Source of the DNA: an uncultured Acidobacteriota bacterium
GTDB taxonomy: Bacteria > Acidobacteriota > Thermoanaerobaculia > Multivoradales > UBA5704
NCBI GenBank assembly: GCA_963770895.1
Contig: CAVYRF010000001.1
Location: 1,632,001-1,696,000, forward strand
DNA length: 64,000 nucleotides
Direction: 5' to 3'
The notes beneath the pieces were generated by a model. It saw nothing but the letters and a program-made list of their open reading frames with translations. It was not told the origin of the DNA and made no database searches. A program made the position numbers and the translations under genes. Each line of letters begins with the position of its first letter. Position 1 is the first letter of the stretch. Of this stretch, positions 10,660 to 19,811 are shown piece by piece.

Positions 10660-11571
10660 GTGCGACCTATCGCGGCGATCGATATCGGCAGCAATACCGT
10701 CCATCTGCTCGTCGGCAAGGCGCGCAAGGGCGGCACGGTCAAGCGCATGGTGTCCGAATCCGAGCTGCTGGAGCTGGGCCGCGAGGTCGAGCGCCACGGG
10801 CGGATTCGCGGCAAGAAGGTGGCCCAGCTCGAAAAGGTTCTCCGCCAGCAGATCGACAGCGCGCGCAAGGCGGGTGCCGAAGAGGTGCTGATCGCCGCCA
10901 CCAGGGCGATGCGGGCCGCCAGCAACGGCGCCGACGTGGTGCAGAAGCTGGAGCGAGCGCTCGACGTACCGGTGCGCCTGCTGTCTGCCGAAGCGGAGGC
11001 GCGGATTGCATTCATGGGCGCGGCGCCGGACCTCCACCCTGCCGGCGCGCAGGTGCTCATCGACAGCGGCGGCGCCTCGACCGAGGTCACGCTCACTTCC
11101 GGCCGCAGGCGCCGGGCCGCCGCGTCGATGCCGATCGGCGCCTCGCTGCTGTGCGAACACCTCCAGGGCGACCCGCCCGGTCCCCTGGAATGGGCGCAGC
11201 TTTCCTTGCGCCTGGCGGACGCTCTCAAGCTGCTCCCCGCCGCGCCGCGGCCGGCGCGCGCCCTGGCGGTCGGCGGCACCGCGCATCGGATCGAGGAGCT
11301 GCACGGCGCGGGCCGCGGTGAGGCGGTCGGCCTGCCTGACCTGGAGCGCATCGCGCAACGCCTGCTTCGCCACCCGGCGCGCAAGATCGCCCGCGCCGCG
11401 GGCCTGCAGAGGAAAAAAGTCATCCTGCTCGCGGCGGGAACGCTGGTCCTGCATGCGATTCTCAACCACTACAGCCTGGAAGCCCTCAACATCGGCCATC
11501 ATGGCCTTCGCGACGGCATGATCGCCGCCTTCCAGCGCGCCGGCGGCAATTGGTGGCGCCTCAAGCGCTGA
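10660..11571 (+). CDS. Ppx/GppA family phosphatase (short form, no HD domain)
   Basis: IAAIDIGSNT, ATRAMR, EAEA, DSGGASTE, GGT, GLRDG motifs; GTG start after GGAG. Confidence 0.9.
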   Translation: MRPIAAIDIGSNTVHLLVGKARKGGTVKRMVSESELLELGREVERHGRIRGKKVAQLEKVLRQQIDSARKAGAEEVLIAATRAMRAASNGADVVQKLERALDVPVRLLSAEAEARIAFMGAAPDLHPAGAQVLIDSGGASTEVTLTSGRRRRAAASMPIGASLLCEHLQGDPPGPLEWAQLSLRLADALKLLPAAPRPARALAVGGTAHRIEELHGAGRGEAVGLPDLERIAQRLLRHPARKIARAAGLQRKKVILLAAGTLVLHAILNHYSLEALNIGHHGLRDGMIAAFQRAGGNWWRLKR

Positions 11572-11815
11572 GATGCGCGGGCTCTATCCAGCCCGTCGAG
11601 GGCGCGTCGGGCAGGGGGTGCGTTCCATACCAAGGAGTATTGTTAACCGTACCCATGGGTATGGTAAAGCCGGCCTGGGTAGGGGAGGCGATGGCGGTGC
11701 TTCCCCACGGAAGGTGACAGGTTGTCATCGGAAAGGGACGGTCCGCGGGGCGCCCCGGCGCTGCCAAACCTCGTCTGCAGAGGGGAAACGCAGCAGCGGC
11801 CGGCAAAAGATCGAT

Positions 11816-11831
11816 TGGTATCGGCTTTGCA
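11816..11831 (+). promoter_or_regulatory. Putative sigma54 (-24/-12) promoter
   Basis: TGGTATCGGCTTTGCA with exact GG-N10-GC spacing, about 27 nt upstream of the ATG and RBS GGAGG. Confidence 0.55.
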
Positions 11832-11858
11832 AAGTTAGAGGGCTGGAGGTACAAGATC

Positions 11859-12272
11859 ATGATTACTCGCGAACGCAGGCTTCTTAAAATCGGGATGACC
11901 CTGGCGCTGGCGTTACTGGTGATGGCTCCGCTGGCCAGCTTCGGCGCAGTGGTCGTCGGTATCGGTGTTGCCGCTCCTGGCCCCGGCTACGTGTGGGTGC
12001 CCGGTTACTACAACTACAACGCCTGGGTGCCGGGCGCCTGGGCGCTGCCGCCTTACGCCGGCGCGGCCTGGTACGGCCCGCATTGGGGCTGGTACGGCGG
12101 CCAGAGGGTCTTCGTGCGCGGCTATTGGGGCGGTGGTCCGGGCTTCCACGGCGGCTACGGCTATCGCGGCGGCCCCGCCTTCCACGGCGCCGTCGGGTTC
12201 CACGGCGGCTTCCATGGCGGCGGCTTCCACGGCGGCGGCTTCCACGGCGGTGGCGTCGCGCATCACCGCTGA
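11859..12272 (+). CDS. Secreted YXWGXW-repeat protein with GGFHG repeat tail
   Basis: Signal peptide; PGPGYVWVPGY, AWVPGAW, WYGPHW repeats; C-terminal (GGFHG)n. Confidence 0.85.
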   Translation: MITRERRLLKIGMTLALALLVMAPLASFGAVVVGIGVAAPGPGYVWVPGYYNYNAWVPGAWALPPYAGAAWYGPHWGWYGGQRVFVRGYWGGGPGFHGGYGYRGGPAFHGAVGFHGGFHGGGFHGGGFHGGGVAHHR

Positions 12273-12313
12273 TCTTCCCCGCGGCCGCGGCCGCCCACAG
12301 GCCCGTCGCTGAT

Positions 12314-12353
12314 CTCCGGCCCCGAAGGGTGCTCCTTCGGGGCCGGAGCTTTT
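12314..12353 (+). terminator. Rho-independent terminator
   Basis: CTCCGGCCCCGAAGG-gtgct-CCTTCGGGGCCGGAG followed by CTTTT. Confidence 0.85.
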
Positions 12354-12419
12354 GTAGCGGGCACTCCGCCGCCCGCGGACGGCGGCCGATTTGCTGATAC
12401 GCTCCCCGGCATCACGACG

Positions 12420-15400
12420 ATGGACAAGAGCGAGCCCGATCCGGGGTCCTTGCCCACGGCTGAGCGGCCTACCGAGGCCGCCACCGAGGCGATGCCGTTG
12501 GGTGCATGGGCGGCGCGCCCGCCGGGCACCCCCGCGGCGGCGGCGCCTGACGGTGAGACGGCGACCGCGCCGGCGGTCGGCGACGTCCCGGCCGGCGGGC
12601 AAGATGGCGAAGCCGCGGCGGCGCGAGCCATCGCGGCGGGCGGGCGCTACCGGATCGAAGGGCTGCTGGGGCGAGGCGGCATGGGGTTCGTGTTCCGCGC
12701 CCACGACGGCCGGCTGGGCCGCACGGTGGCGATCAAGGCGCTGGCCGCCTCGGGCGCGGCGGCGGCGGCGCGGTTGGAGCGCGAGGCGCAGCTGCAGGCG
12801 CGGGTCGATCACCCCAACGTCGCCAAGGTGTACGAAACCGGCGAAGCGCAGGGGATGCGCTTCATCGTCATGCAGTTCATCCCCGGCAAGCCGCTCAGCG
12901 CGCTCGCCGAATCGCTGTCGCTCGACGAAAAGGTGCGCCTGGTGCAGCGCGTTGCGGAGGGTGTCCACGAGGCGCACCGCCTGGGTCTGGTGCATAGCGA
13001 CCTCAAGCCGAAAAACGTCCTGGTCGTCGCCGTCGAGCAGGGCGGCTGGCACCCCTACGTGCTCGATTTCGGCATCGCGCGCGAGGTGGCGGCGGCCGGG
13101 ACCGCCGGCGAAGGCGCCACGATCACCGGCACGCCGGCCTACATGGCGCCCGAGCAGGCGCGCGGCGAGCCGCTCGACCGCCGCACCGACGTCTACGCCC
13201 TGGGGGTCATGCTGTTCCGCCTGCTGTCGGGGCGCCTTCCCTACAGGGAGCAGAGCACGCGCGAGACGCTGGAGCGGGTGCTGCACGAACCGGCGCCGCC
13301 GCTGCGCCACGTGGCGCCGGACCTGGAGGCGATCGTCCGGAAGTGCCTGGCCAAGGCTCCTGCCGAGCGCTACGCGACGGCGCGCGGCCTGGCCGACGAC
13401 CTGGTGCGCTGGCTGGACGGCGAACCGGTCCTGGCGCGGCCCCAGACCCGCCTCTACCGGCTGGCGACGCGGGTGCGCAAGAACCGCGTGCTGGTCGCGG
13501 TGTCGCTCGCGGCGCTCGCCGGCGTGCTGGCGGCCTCCGGCTGGGCGGTGGCCGAAAGGCTGCAGACGGCGCGCCGCGCCGAGCTGGCGCAGCGCTTCGG
13601 CCGCGAGGAAGAGCGCTACGAATGGACGCTGCGCGCCGCCTACGAGCTGCCGCTGCACGACACCAGCGGCGAGCGCAACGCGGTCGGCGCGGCGATCGCG
13701 CGGCTGGATCGCGAGGTCCGCGGGCTGAGCCCGGCCCTGCGCGCCCCCGGCGACGCGGCGCTCGGCCGCGGCCTGCTGGCGCTGGGCGACGACGCGCAGG
13801 CGCGGCGCCACCTGGAAGCCGCCTGGCGGGCGGGCAATCGCGCGCCGGAGCTGGCCTACGCGCTGGGCCTGACCCTGGTGCACTCCTACCAGGAGGCGCT
13901 GGCGCGCGCCCGCCTGGCGCGCGACGAAAGCGAACGGCAGCTGGCGCTGGCCTCGGCCCGGCGGCGGCTGCGCGACCCGGCGCTCGCCTATCTGCAGGCG
14001 AGCCGCGGCGGCGACCTGGTGGCCAGCCAATACCTCGAAGCGCTGCTGGCCTACCTGGCGGGCGACTCGGCGACGACGCTGGTCAAGAGCCGCGCGGCGA
14101 TCGCGCGTCTTCCCTGGCTCTACGAGGCGCTGGCACTGCAAGCCCAGGCCTGGCGCGCGCGCACCGAGCGGGCTCCCGACGAGGCGGGGCGCGCGGCGGC
14201 GCTGGCGCAAGCCGAGGCGGCCCTGACCCAGGCGGTGCGGCTGGGCGCCAGCGACGCCTCCCTCTACCTGGGGCTGTGCGAAACCGAAATCGAGCAGCTG
14301 CAGGAAGCCGTCTACGGCACGGGGGTCGGCGTCGCGCCGCTCTGCGATCGCGCCGTCGCCGCCTGCGACGCGGCGCTGCGCGCCGAACCGCGCTTCAGCC
14401 CGGCGCTCGCCGCCAAGGCGGAGGCGCTCACCCTGACGGCGGGATTCGCGCTCGAACACGGCGCCGACCCCGAGCCGCGGCTGCGCCAGGCCGCAGCGGC
14501 GGCCGCCACCGCCATCCGCCAGGCCGGCGGCGACGCCCAGCCGCACCGCGCGCTGGCCGCGGTGTGGAACCTGCGCGCCCGCGCGCTGCGGCACCAGGGC
14601 GGCGACGTGCGCCAGGCCCTGCGGCCGGCGATCGCCAGCCTGGAGCAGGCGCTGCGCTGCGAGCCCGACGACTGGCTGAGCCTGGCCGACCTGGGCAACG
14701 CCCTCGGTCAGCGCGCCATTCAGGAGGGGGAGCACGGCGAGGACGCGGCGGCATCGTTCGCGGCGTCGGTCGCGGCGCTGGAGCGCTCGGCGGCGATCGA
14801 GCCCAACCTGTACACGACGCGCTTCAACCTGGGCCGCACCTACGCCGATTGGGGAGAGTTCCGGGCCGGTCACGGCCAGGACCCCACCGCGGTCCAGGAC
14901 CAGGCCGTCGCCGCCTACCGCCGCGCGATCGCCATGAGGCCCAGCTTCGCGCAGGCCTACAACAGCCTGGGCGCGGTGCTCTTCTTCCGCGCCAGCCAGC
15001 CACGCCCGGGCATCCAGCCGATGGCGCTGCTCGAAGATGCCCGCGTCGCGCTCGCCAGGTCGATCGCCATCCAGCCGACCTACGCCAACCCGCACTTCAA
15101 CCTGGGGCTGGTCTTCCGCGAGATGGGCAACCTGGAGGACGCCGCCGGCAGCGACCCCTGGCCGCACCTGCGCCAGGCCATCGAGGCCTTCGGCGACGGC
15201 CTGCGCCTCAACCCGAAGATCTTTTTCGCCTACATCGAGCTGGGACGCATCTACGTCATCGGCGGCCGTCACGACGTCAGGCTGCACCGCTCGCCGCTCG
15301 ATTCGACCGCCGCCGCCGTGCGCCTGGCCGAGCGCAGCCTCGCCATGCAGCCCGACGATTTCATGGCGCTCAAGATGCGCGCCGAGGCCCACATGACGGA

Positions 15401-15836
15401 AGCCGATTGGGCCCTCGAGCAGAAGCGTTCGCCCAACCCGCTGCTGGCCCTGGCGCAGGCCGACATCGAAAGGGCCGCCCAGGTCAACGCCAACGACTTC
15501 GGGGCCTACGAGCTGCTGGGCGACGTGCACCGCGCCGCCGCGCGCGCCCGCCTGGACGCCGGCCAGCCCGCCGCACCCGAGATCGACCAGGGCCTGGCCG
15601 CCATCGCCAAGGGCCGCCTGATCGCCGGCGAGGACCAGCCCGGCCTGCTCGCCGTCGCCGGCGGCCTGTACCTGGCCCGCGCCGAAGCAGCCCGCGCCGC
15701 CGACGCCCGCGCCGCGGCGGCGCGCATGGCCGTCGCCAGCTTCGAGCGCTCCGCCCGCCTGCGCCCGCCGAGCGCCACCCAGCTCGCGCCCGAGCTGGCT
15801 CGCGCCCGCCAGCTGGCGGCGTCCCCCGGCTCCTGA
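12420..15836 (+). CDS. Hanks-type Ser/Thr kinase with TM segment and long TPR array
   Basis: GRGGMG, VAIK, HSDLKPKN, DFG, GTPAYMAPE, TDVYALG; TM at RVLVAVSLAALAGVLA; TPR repeats. Confidence 0.93.
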   Translation: MDKSEPDPGSLPTAERPTEAATEAMPLGAWAARPPGTPAAAAPDGETATAPAVGDVPAGGQDGEAAAARAIAAGGRYRIEGLLGRGGMGFVFRAHDGRLGRTVAIKALAASGAAAAARLEREAQLQARVDHPNVAKVYETGEAQGMRFIVMQFIPGKPLSALAESLSLDEKVRLVQRVAEGVHEAHRLGLVHSDLKPKNVLVVAVEQGGWHPYVLDFGIAREVAAAGTAGEGATITGTPAYMAPEQARGEPLDRRTDVYALGVMLFRLLSGRLPYREQSTRETLERVLHEPAPPLRHVAPDLEAIVRKCLAKAPAERYATARGLADDLVRWLDGEPVLARPQTRLYRLATRVRKNRVLVAVSLAALAGVLAASGWAVAERLQTARRAELAQRFGREEERYEWTLRAAYELPLHDTSGERNAVGAAIARLDREVRGLSPALRAPGDAALGRGLLALGDDAQARRHLEAAWRAGNRAPELAYALGLTLVHSYQEALARARLARDESERQLALASARRRLRDPALAYLQASRGGDLVASQYLEALLAYLAGDSATTLVKSRAAIARLPWLYEALALQAQAWRARTERAPDEAGRAAALAQAEAALTQAVRLGASDASLYLGLCETEIEQLQEAVYGTGVGVAPLCDRAVAACDAALRAEPRFSPALAAKAEALTLTAGFALEHGADPEPRLRQAAAAAATAIRQAGGDAQPHRALAAVWNLRARALRHQGGDVRQALRPAIASLEQALRCEPDDWLSLADLGNALGQRAIQEGEHGEDAAASFAASVAALERSAAIEPNLYTTRFNLGRTYADWGEFRAGHGQDPTAVQDQAVAAYRRAIAMRPSFAQAYNSLGAVLFFRASQPRPGIQPMALLEDARVALARSIAIQPTYANPHFNLGLVFREMGNLEDAAGSDPWPHLRQAIEAFGDGLRLNPKIFFAYIELGRIYVIGGRHDVRLHRSPLDSTAAAVRLAERSLAMQPDDFMALKMRAEAHMTEADWALEQKRSPNPLLALAQADIERAAQVNANDFGAYELLGDVHRAAARARLDAGQPAAPEIDQGLAAIAKGRLIAGEDQPGLLAVAGGLYLARAEAARAADARAAAARMAVASFERSARLRPPSATQLAPELARARQLAASPGS

Positions 15837-15970
15837 AGCCGCACCGGCGGCTCCCTGCCGGGGCCAACCCGCGATCGGGTTGACCGATATTTCGCGATCA
15901 ACTATATTTATGTTTGTTTAAATGAGCATTGCTTGCTTAGCGGCGATGGATCGTAGAAAAGGAGAATGCC

Positions 15971-18103
15971 ATGAAGCGCTTCCTGGTGGTGGTTTCGATT
16001 GTCGCGATCGGCCTGATTGCCGCGTGGCGGAGCCGGGCGTCGGAAACGAGCGTGCCGGCCACGGTGGCGGTGCACGGCGGGCCGGAGCTGTCGGTCACCG
16101 GGCCGGTGCTCTTCCAGCCGGCGCCGGATACCCAGATCTACGTCGCCGATTTCGCCGTCACCCTCAAGGGGGAATCGACGACGCAGACCACCACCACCGA
16201 CCTGGCAGGGCGGTACCGGTTCCATGACGTCGCGCCGGGCCGCTACTCCGTCTGCTGGGAGCAGCCTGGGTGGGTGAGCGGCTGTACCCCCGAAGTGGCG
16301 GTGACGCCGGGCAATTCCGCCTATCCGCACGCGGTGCGGCTCAAGCCGGAGGCAGCCGACAGCGTCGCCTGGGGCGACGTCAGCCTGGCGGACGGCGGCA
16401 GCGCCGTCGTGGTGGACCGCGGCTTCGCGATCGAGCAGACGCCGGCGGTGCAGGTGCTCGACGCGGCGGGCAGGATCATCGGGACGGGGCGTGCCAACTC
16501 CTCGGGCAGGTATGCCATCGGCCTCCAGGGCGCCGCCGCCGCGGTTCGCGCGGTCGCCGGCGCGGCGGACCAGCAGGTGAAGCTGGAGCACGGTGCGGCG
16601 AGCCTCGCCACCCACATCCAGTTGAACAATCACCGGCCGGTCATCGCCAGCGTCGAAGTGCTCCAGGGCGCCGTCGCCGCGACGGCGGTCCATCCGGGCG
16701 ACACGCTGACGCTGCGCCCGTTCGCCACCGACGCCGATGGCGATCGCCTGACCTATCGCTGGACCGCCAGCGCCGGCACGATCGCCGGCGCCGACGACGG
16801 CACGGCAACCTGGCAGCTGCCGGCGTTCCCGGCGCGGCTGGGCGCCACCCTGCTGGTCACCGACGGCAAGGGCGGCGCCGACCGCCGCACCGTCTCCATG
16901 AGCGTCGGCGGAGCGCGGGCCAACGTCCGGTTGGAGGCGGTGGGCGCACCGCCGACGTGCAACCCGCTGTCGCTGGCCGGGGTGCCGCCGCCGTCCGGCT
17001 ACTCGCCGGGGCCGCCCGTCACGCCACCCGACTTCCTGACCTTTCTGCTGACCAGCGACAACTCCGCCCAGTACTACCAGAACGTCGATCCCAACTCGCT
17101 CCGCGGCACCCTGGGCGACTGGTGGCAGGCGGCCGGGTTCAATCCCACGGATGGCTCCGGCGGCGTCGCCCATGCCGCCTACCTCAACTGGAACGATCTC
17201 GGGTTCGGCCGCGACATGCACTTCAACACCGTCGGCAACAACGTGTACGCCTGGGTGACCAACTACGGCTGCCCCGACGACGATCCCAACAACGCCAATC
17301 TCGCTGCCTCGCCAAATCCCGCGGATGCGGTCGCCACCGTGTGCATGGAGTATTCGCCGGTGGAAGGCACGACGCAGCCGATCGTGAAATTCTTCGTCTA
17401 CGTCGGCGGGGTCGCGGCGGGCGCGCGCACCGGCCAGGCCAATCTCGACGAGTGGGGCGGCAAGCCGGTGCCCAACCTCTGCCAGACCTGCCACGGCGGC
17501 ACCGACGCCTATCGGGGAGGCGCCAACGTCAACCTGGCGGCCAACTTCCTGCCGTTCGACCTGGCCCTGTTGCAGTATCCCGGCCCGTCCAAAACGCCGC
17601 CGGCGGCGGACCTTCCGGCCTACTACCAGATGAATTCCATCATCGCCAAGCTGACCAGCCCGCGGCCGGCGATCGCTGCCCTGATCAACGGCTGGTACAC
17701 GCCGCTGACCAGTCCGCCGACGCAAAACAACAACTACCTGCCGACGGGGTGGCAGCCAGGCTCCGGCGCGCCGCCAAGCGCCGCCGGCCTCTACCAGACG
17801 GTGATCACTCCCGGCTGCCGGACTTGCCACTACTCGTTCTCGGACGACATCAACTGGGATACCTATTCCTCAGTCCTGGCAGACAATTCGACCATCCAAG
17901 CCTACGTCTGTGACACCCAGCCGGTCATGCCGCAGGCCGCCGTCACCTACATCAACTTCTGGACCAACGCCTACGGCTTCCCCACGTCGCCGCCGACGTT
18001 CCTGGGCCAGTACACCGATCCCAACTGGCCCGCCTTCGGCTCCTGCACGGCGACCGTCGCCAGTCCCGCGCCGGGCGGCGGCTCCTCCAGCGGCAGCCGG
18101 TAA
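15971..18103 (+). CDS. Secreted Ig-like/carboxypeptidase-regulatory domain protein with diheme cytochrome c C-terminal domain
   Basis: Signal peptide; TTTDLAGRYRF and DADGDRLTYRW Ig/PKD motifs; two CxxCH (CQTCH, CRTCH); RBS AAGGAG. Confidence 0.8.
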   Translation: MKRFLVVVSIVAIGLIAAWRSRASETSVPATVAVHGGPELSVTGPVLFQPAPDTQIYVADFAVTLKGESTTQTTTTDLAGRYRFHDVAPGRYSVCWEQPGWVSGCTPEVAVTPGNSAYPHAVRLKPEAADSVAWGDVSLADGGSAVVVDRGFAIEQTPAVQVLDAAGRIIGTGRANSSGRYAIGLQGAAAAVRAVAGAADQQVKLEHGAASLATHIQLNNHRPVIASVEVLQGAVAATAVHPGDTLTLRPFATDADGDRLTYRWTASAGTIAGADDGTATWQLPAFPARLGATLLVTDGKGGADRRTVSMSVGGARANVRLEAVGAPPTCNPLSLAGVPPPSGYSPGPPVTPPDFLTFLLTSDNSAQYYQNVDPNSLRGTLGDWWQAAGFNPTDGSGGVAHAAYLNWNDLGFGRDMHFNTVGNNVYAWVTNYGCPDDDPNNANLAASPNPADAVATVCMEYSPVEGTTQPIVKFFVYVGGVAAGARTGQANLDEWGGKPVPNLCQTCHGGTDAYRGGANVNLAANFLPFDLALLQYPGPSKTPPAADLPAYYQMNSIIAKLTSPRPAIAALINGWYTPLTSPPTQNNNYLPTGWQPGSGAPPSAAGLYQTVITPGCRTCHYSFSDDINWDTYSSVLADNSTIQAYVCDTQPVMPQAAVTYINFWTNAYGFPTSPPTFLGQYTDPNWPAFGSCTATVASPAPGGGSSSGSR

Positions 18104-18281
18104 AGCGCCGGCGGGGTGGGTAGCCGGCATCCGGTTGCTCACCCCGCGAGCCCCCTCCGCCGCTGCGCCTCCTCAAGGGCGCGGCCCGGCCGCCGCCCTC
18201 GATCTTCGGCGCCGACTCCGCGTGATAGCTTTGGCGCGCGATTCGTGCGGTAGTCAAAGACGGCAGTGAACCGGCACCGGT

Positions 18282-19811
18282 GTGTCAGGGGGGCGATCGA
18301 TGCGGATGCTACGGACAGGGCCTTTTGTGGTTCTGGGTGTGGCGGCGGCGCTGGCCGCGTTTGGCGGCGGCGCCCGGCACGCGGCGCGGGCGGTTTCGGC
18401 CAGCGCGGCGGCCGCGGGCGCCACCGCTCCGACTGCGGCATCGGCTGCCCCGGCGACCACGGCAGCGGCGCCGCGCACGATGCGGGTGGACTACTACCAT
18501 TCGGGCAGCGCGCACGCGGAGCGATTCAGCCTGGACCGCGTGGTGCTCGAACCGCTCCCCTGGCCGGGCAATCCGGCGCGGCCGATCGACGACACCAACC
18601 TGGGCCCGTACCTCTTCCAGGTGATCGACCGCGCCAGCAACCGCGTGCTGTATTCGCGCGGCTTCGCTTCCATCTTTGGCGAGTGGCAGGAGACCGACGA
18701 GGCCGGCCGCGGCGAGCGGACGTTCTCCGAATCGGCCCGCTTCCCGGCGCCGTCGCACCCGGTGCGGCTGGTGATCGAAAAGCGCGACGAGCAGAACGAT
18801 TTCCACGAGATCTGGGCGACGACGATCGATCCCGCCGACCCGTTCGTCGATTCGTCGGCGCCGCCTTCGCCGGGACCGCTGCTGGCGCTGCAGAAGAGCG
18901 GCGACCCGGCGGTGAAGGTCGACTTTCTCATTCTGGGCGACGGTTACACCCAGGCGGAGCTGCCCAAGTTCGAGCGCGATGCGCGGCGGCTGATGGAGAT
19001 CCTGTTCGCGGCGCCGCCGTTCAAGCAGCACCGGAGCGACTTCAACGTGTGGGCGCTCTGCCCGCCGGCGGTCCAATCGGGCATCTCGCGGCCTTCGACC
19101 GGTGTCCATCGCCGCTCGCCCGTCGGCGCCAGCTACGACACGTTCGGTTCGGAGCGCTACGTCCTCACCTACGAAAACCGTACGTTCCGCGACATCGCGT
19201 CGTATGCCCCCTACGAATTTGTCGAGATCCTGGTCAACGGCCAGACCTACGGCGGCGGCGGGATCTTCAACCTGTACAGCACCGTCGCCGCGGACAGCCT
19301 GTGGTCGCCGTACATCTTCGTGCACGAGTTCGGCCACCACTTTGCCGGGCTTGCCGACGAGTACTACACCTCCGACGTGCCGACCGACGCCACCAGGCTG
19401 GTCGAGCCCTGGGAGCCCAACGTCACGATCGATCCCCAGGCGGCCAAGTGGGCGGCCCTGCTGTCTCCGGGCGTGCCGCTGCCGACGCCCTGGAAGAAGG
19501 CGGAGTTCGAGTCCTATTCGCACGCCATCCAGGATCGCCGCCACGACATCCGCCGCCGGCAGCGCCCGGAATCGGAGATGGACGCCCTGTTCACCGAAGA
19601 GCGCGCGCACGAAACCGTGCTGCTCGGCACCGACAGCTATTCCGGCAAGGTCGGCGCCTTCGAGGGCGCCGACTATCGCGCCCACGCCTATTACCGGCCG
19701 CAGACCGACTGCATCATGTTCACCCGCGACGAGGGCGGCTTCTGCGCCGTCTGCCGCCGGGCGATCGAACGGGTGATCGCGCTCTACACCGCGGCGCTGG
19801 GCGGCTCATGA
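18282..19811 (+). CDS. IgA peptidase M64 family metalloprotease
   Basis: RTMRVDYYH N-domain, LGDGYT, YGGGG, HEFGHHFAGLADEY, YRPQTDCIM, FCAVC. Confidence 0.93.
   Translation: MSGGRSMRMLRTGPFVVLGVAAALAAFGGGARHAARAVSASAAAAGATAPTAASAAPATTAAAPRTMRVDYYHSGSAHAERFSLDRVVLEPLPWPGNPARPIDDTNLGPYLFQVIDRASNRVLYSRGFASIFGEWQETDEAGRGERTFSESARFPAPSHPVRLVIEKRDEQNDFHEIWATTIDPADPFVDSSAPPSPGPLLALQKSGDPAVKVDFLILGDGYTQAELPKFERDARRLMEILFAAPPFKQHRSDFNVWALCPPAVQSGISRPSTGVHRRSPVGASYDTFGSERYVLTYENRTFRDIASYAPYEFVEILVNGQTYGGGGIFNLYSTVAADSLWSPYIFVHEFGHHFAGLADEYYTSDVPTDATRLVEPWEPNVTIDPQAAKWAALLSPGVPLPTPWKKAEFESYSHAIQDRRHDIRRRQRPESEMDALFTEERAHETVLLGTDSYSGKVGAFEGADYRAHAYYRPQTDCIMFTRDEGGFCAVCRRAIERVIALYTAALGGS

Noticed and set aside
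11913-15530. 1205-aa minus-strand ORF and similar long antisense or alternate-frame ORFs (e.g. 5246-8059, 15908-17830, 26759-28657)
   Set aside because: Shadow ORFs typical of high-GC DNA, overlapping genes with clear family motifs
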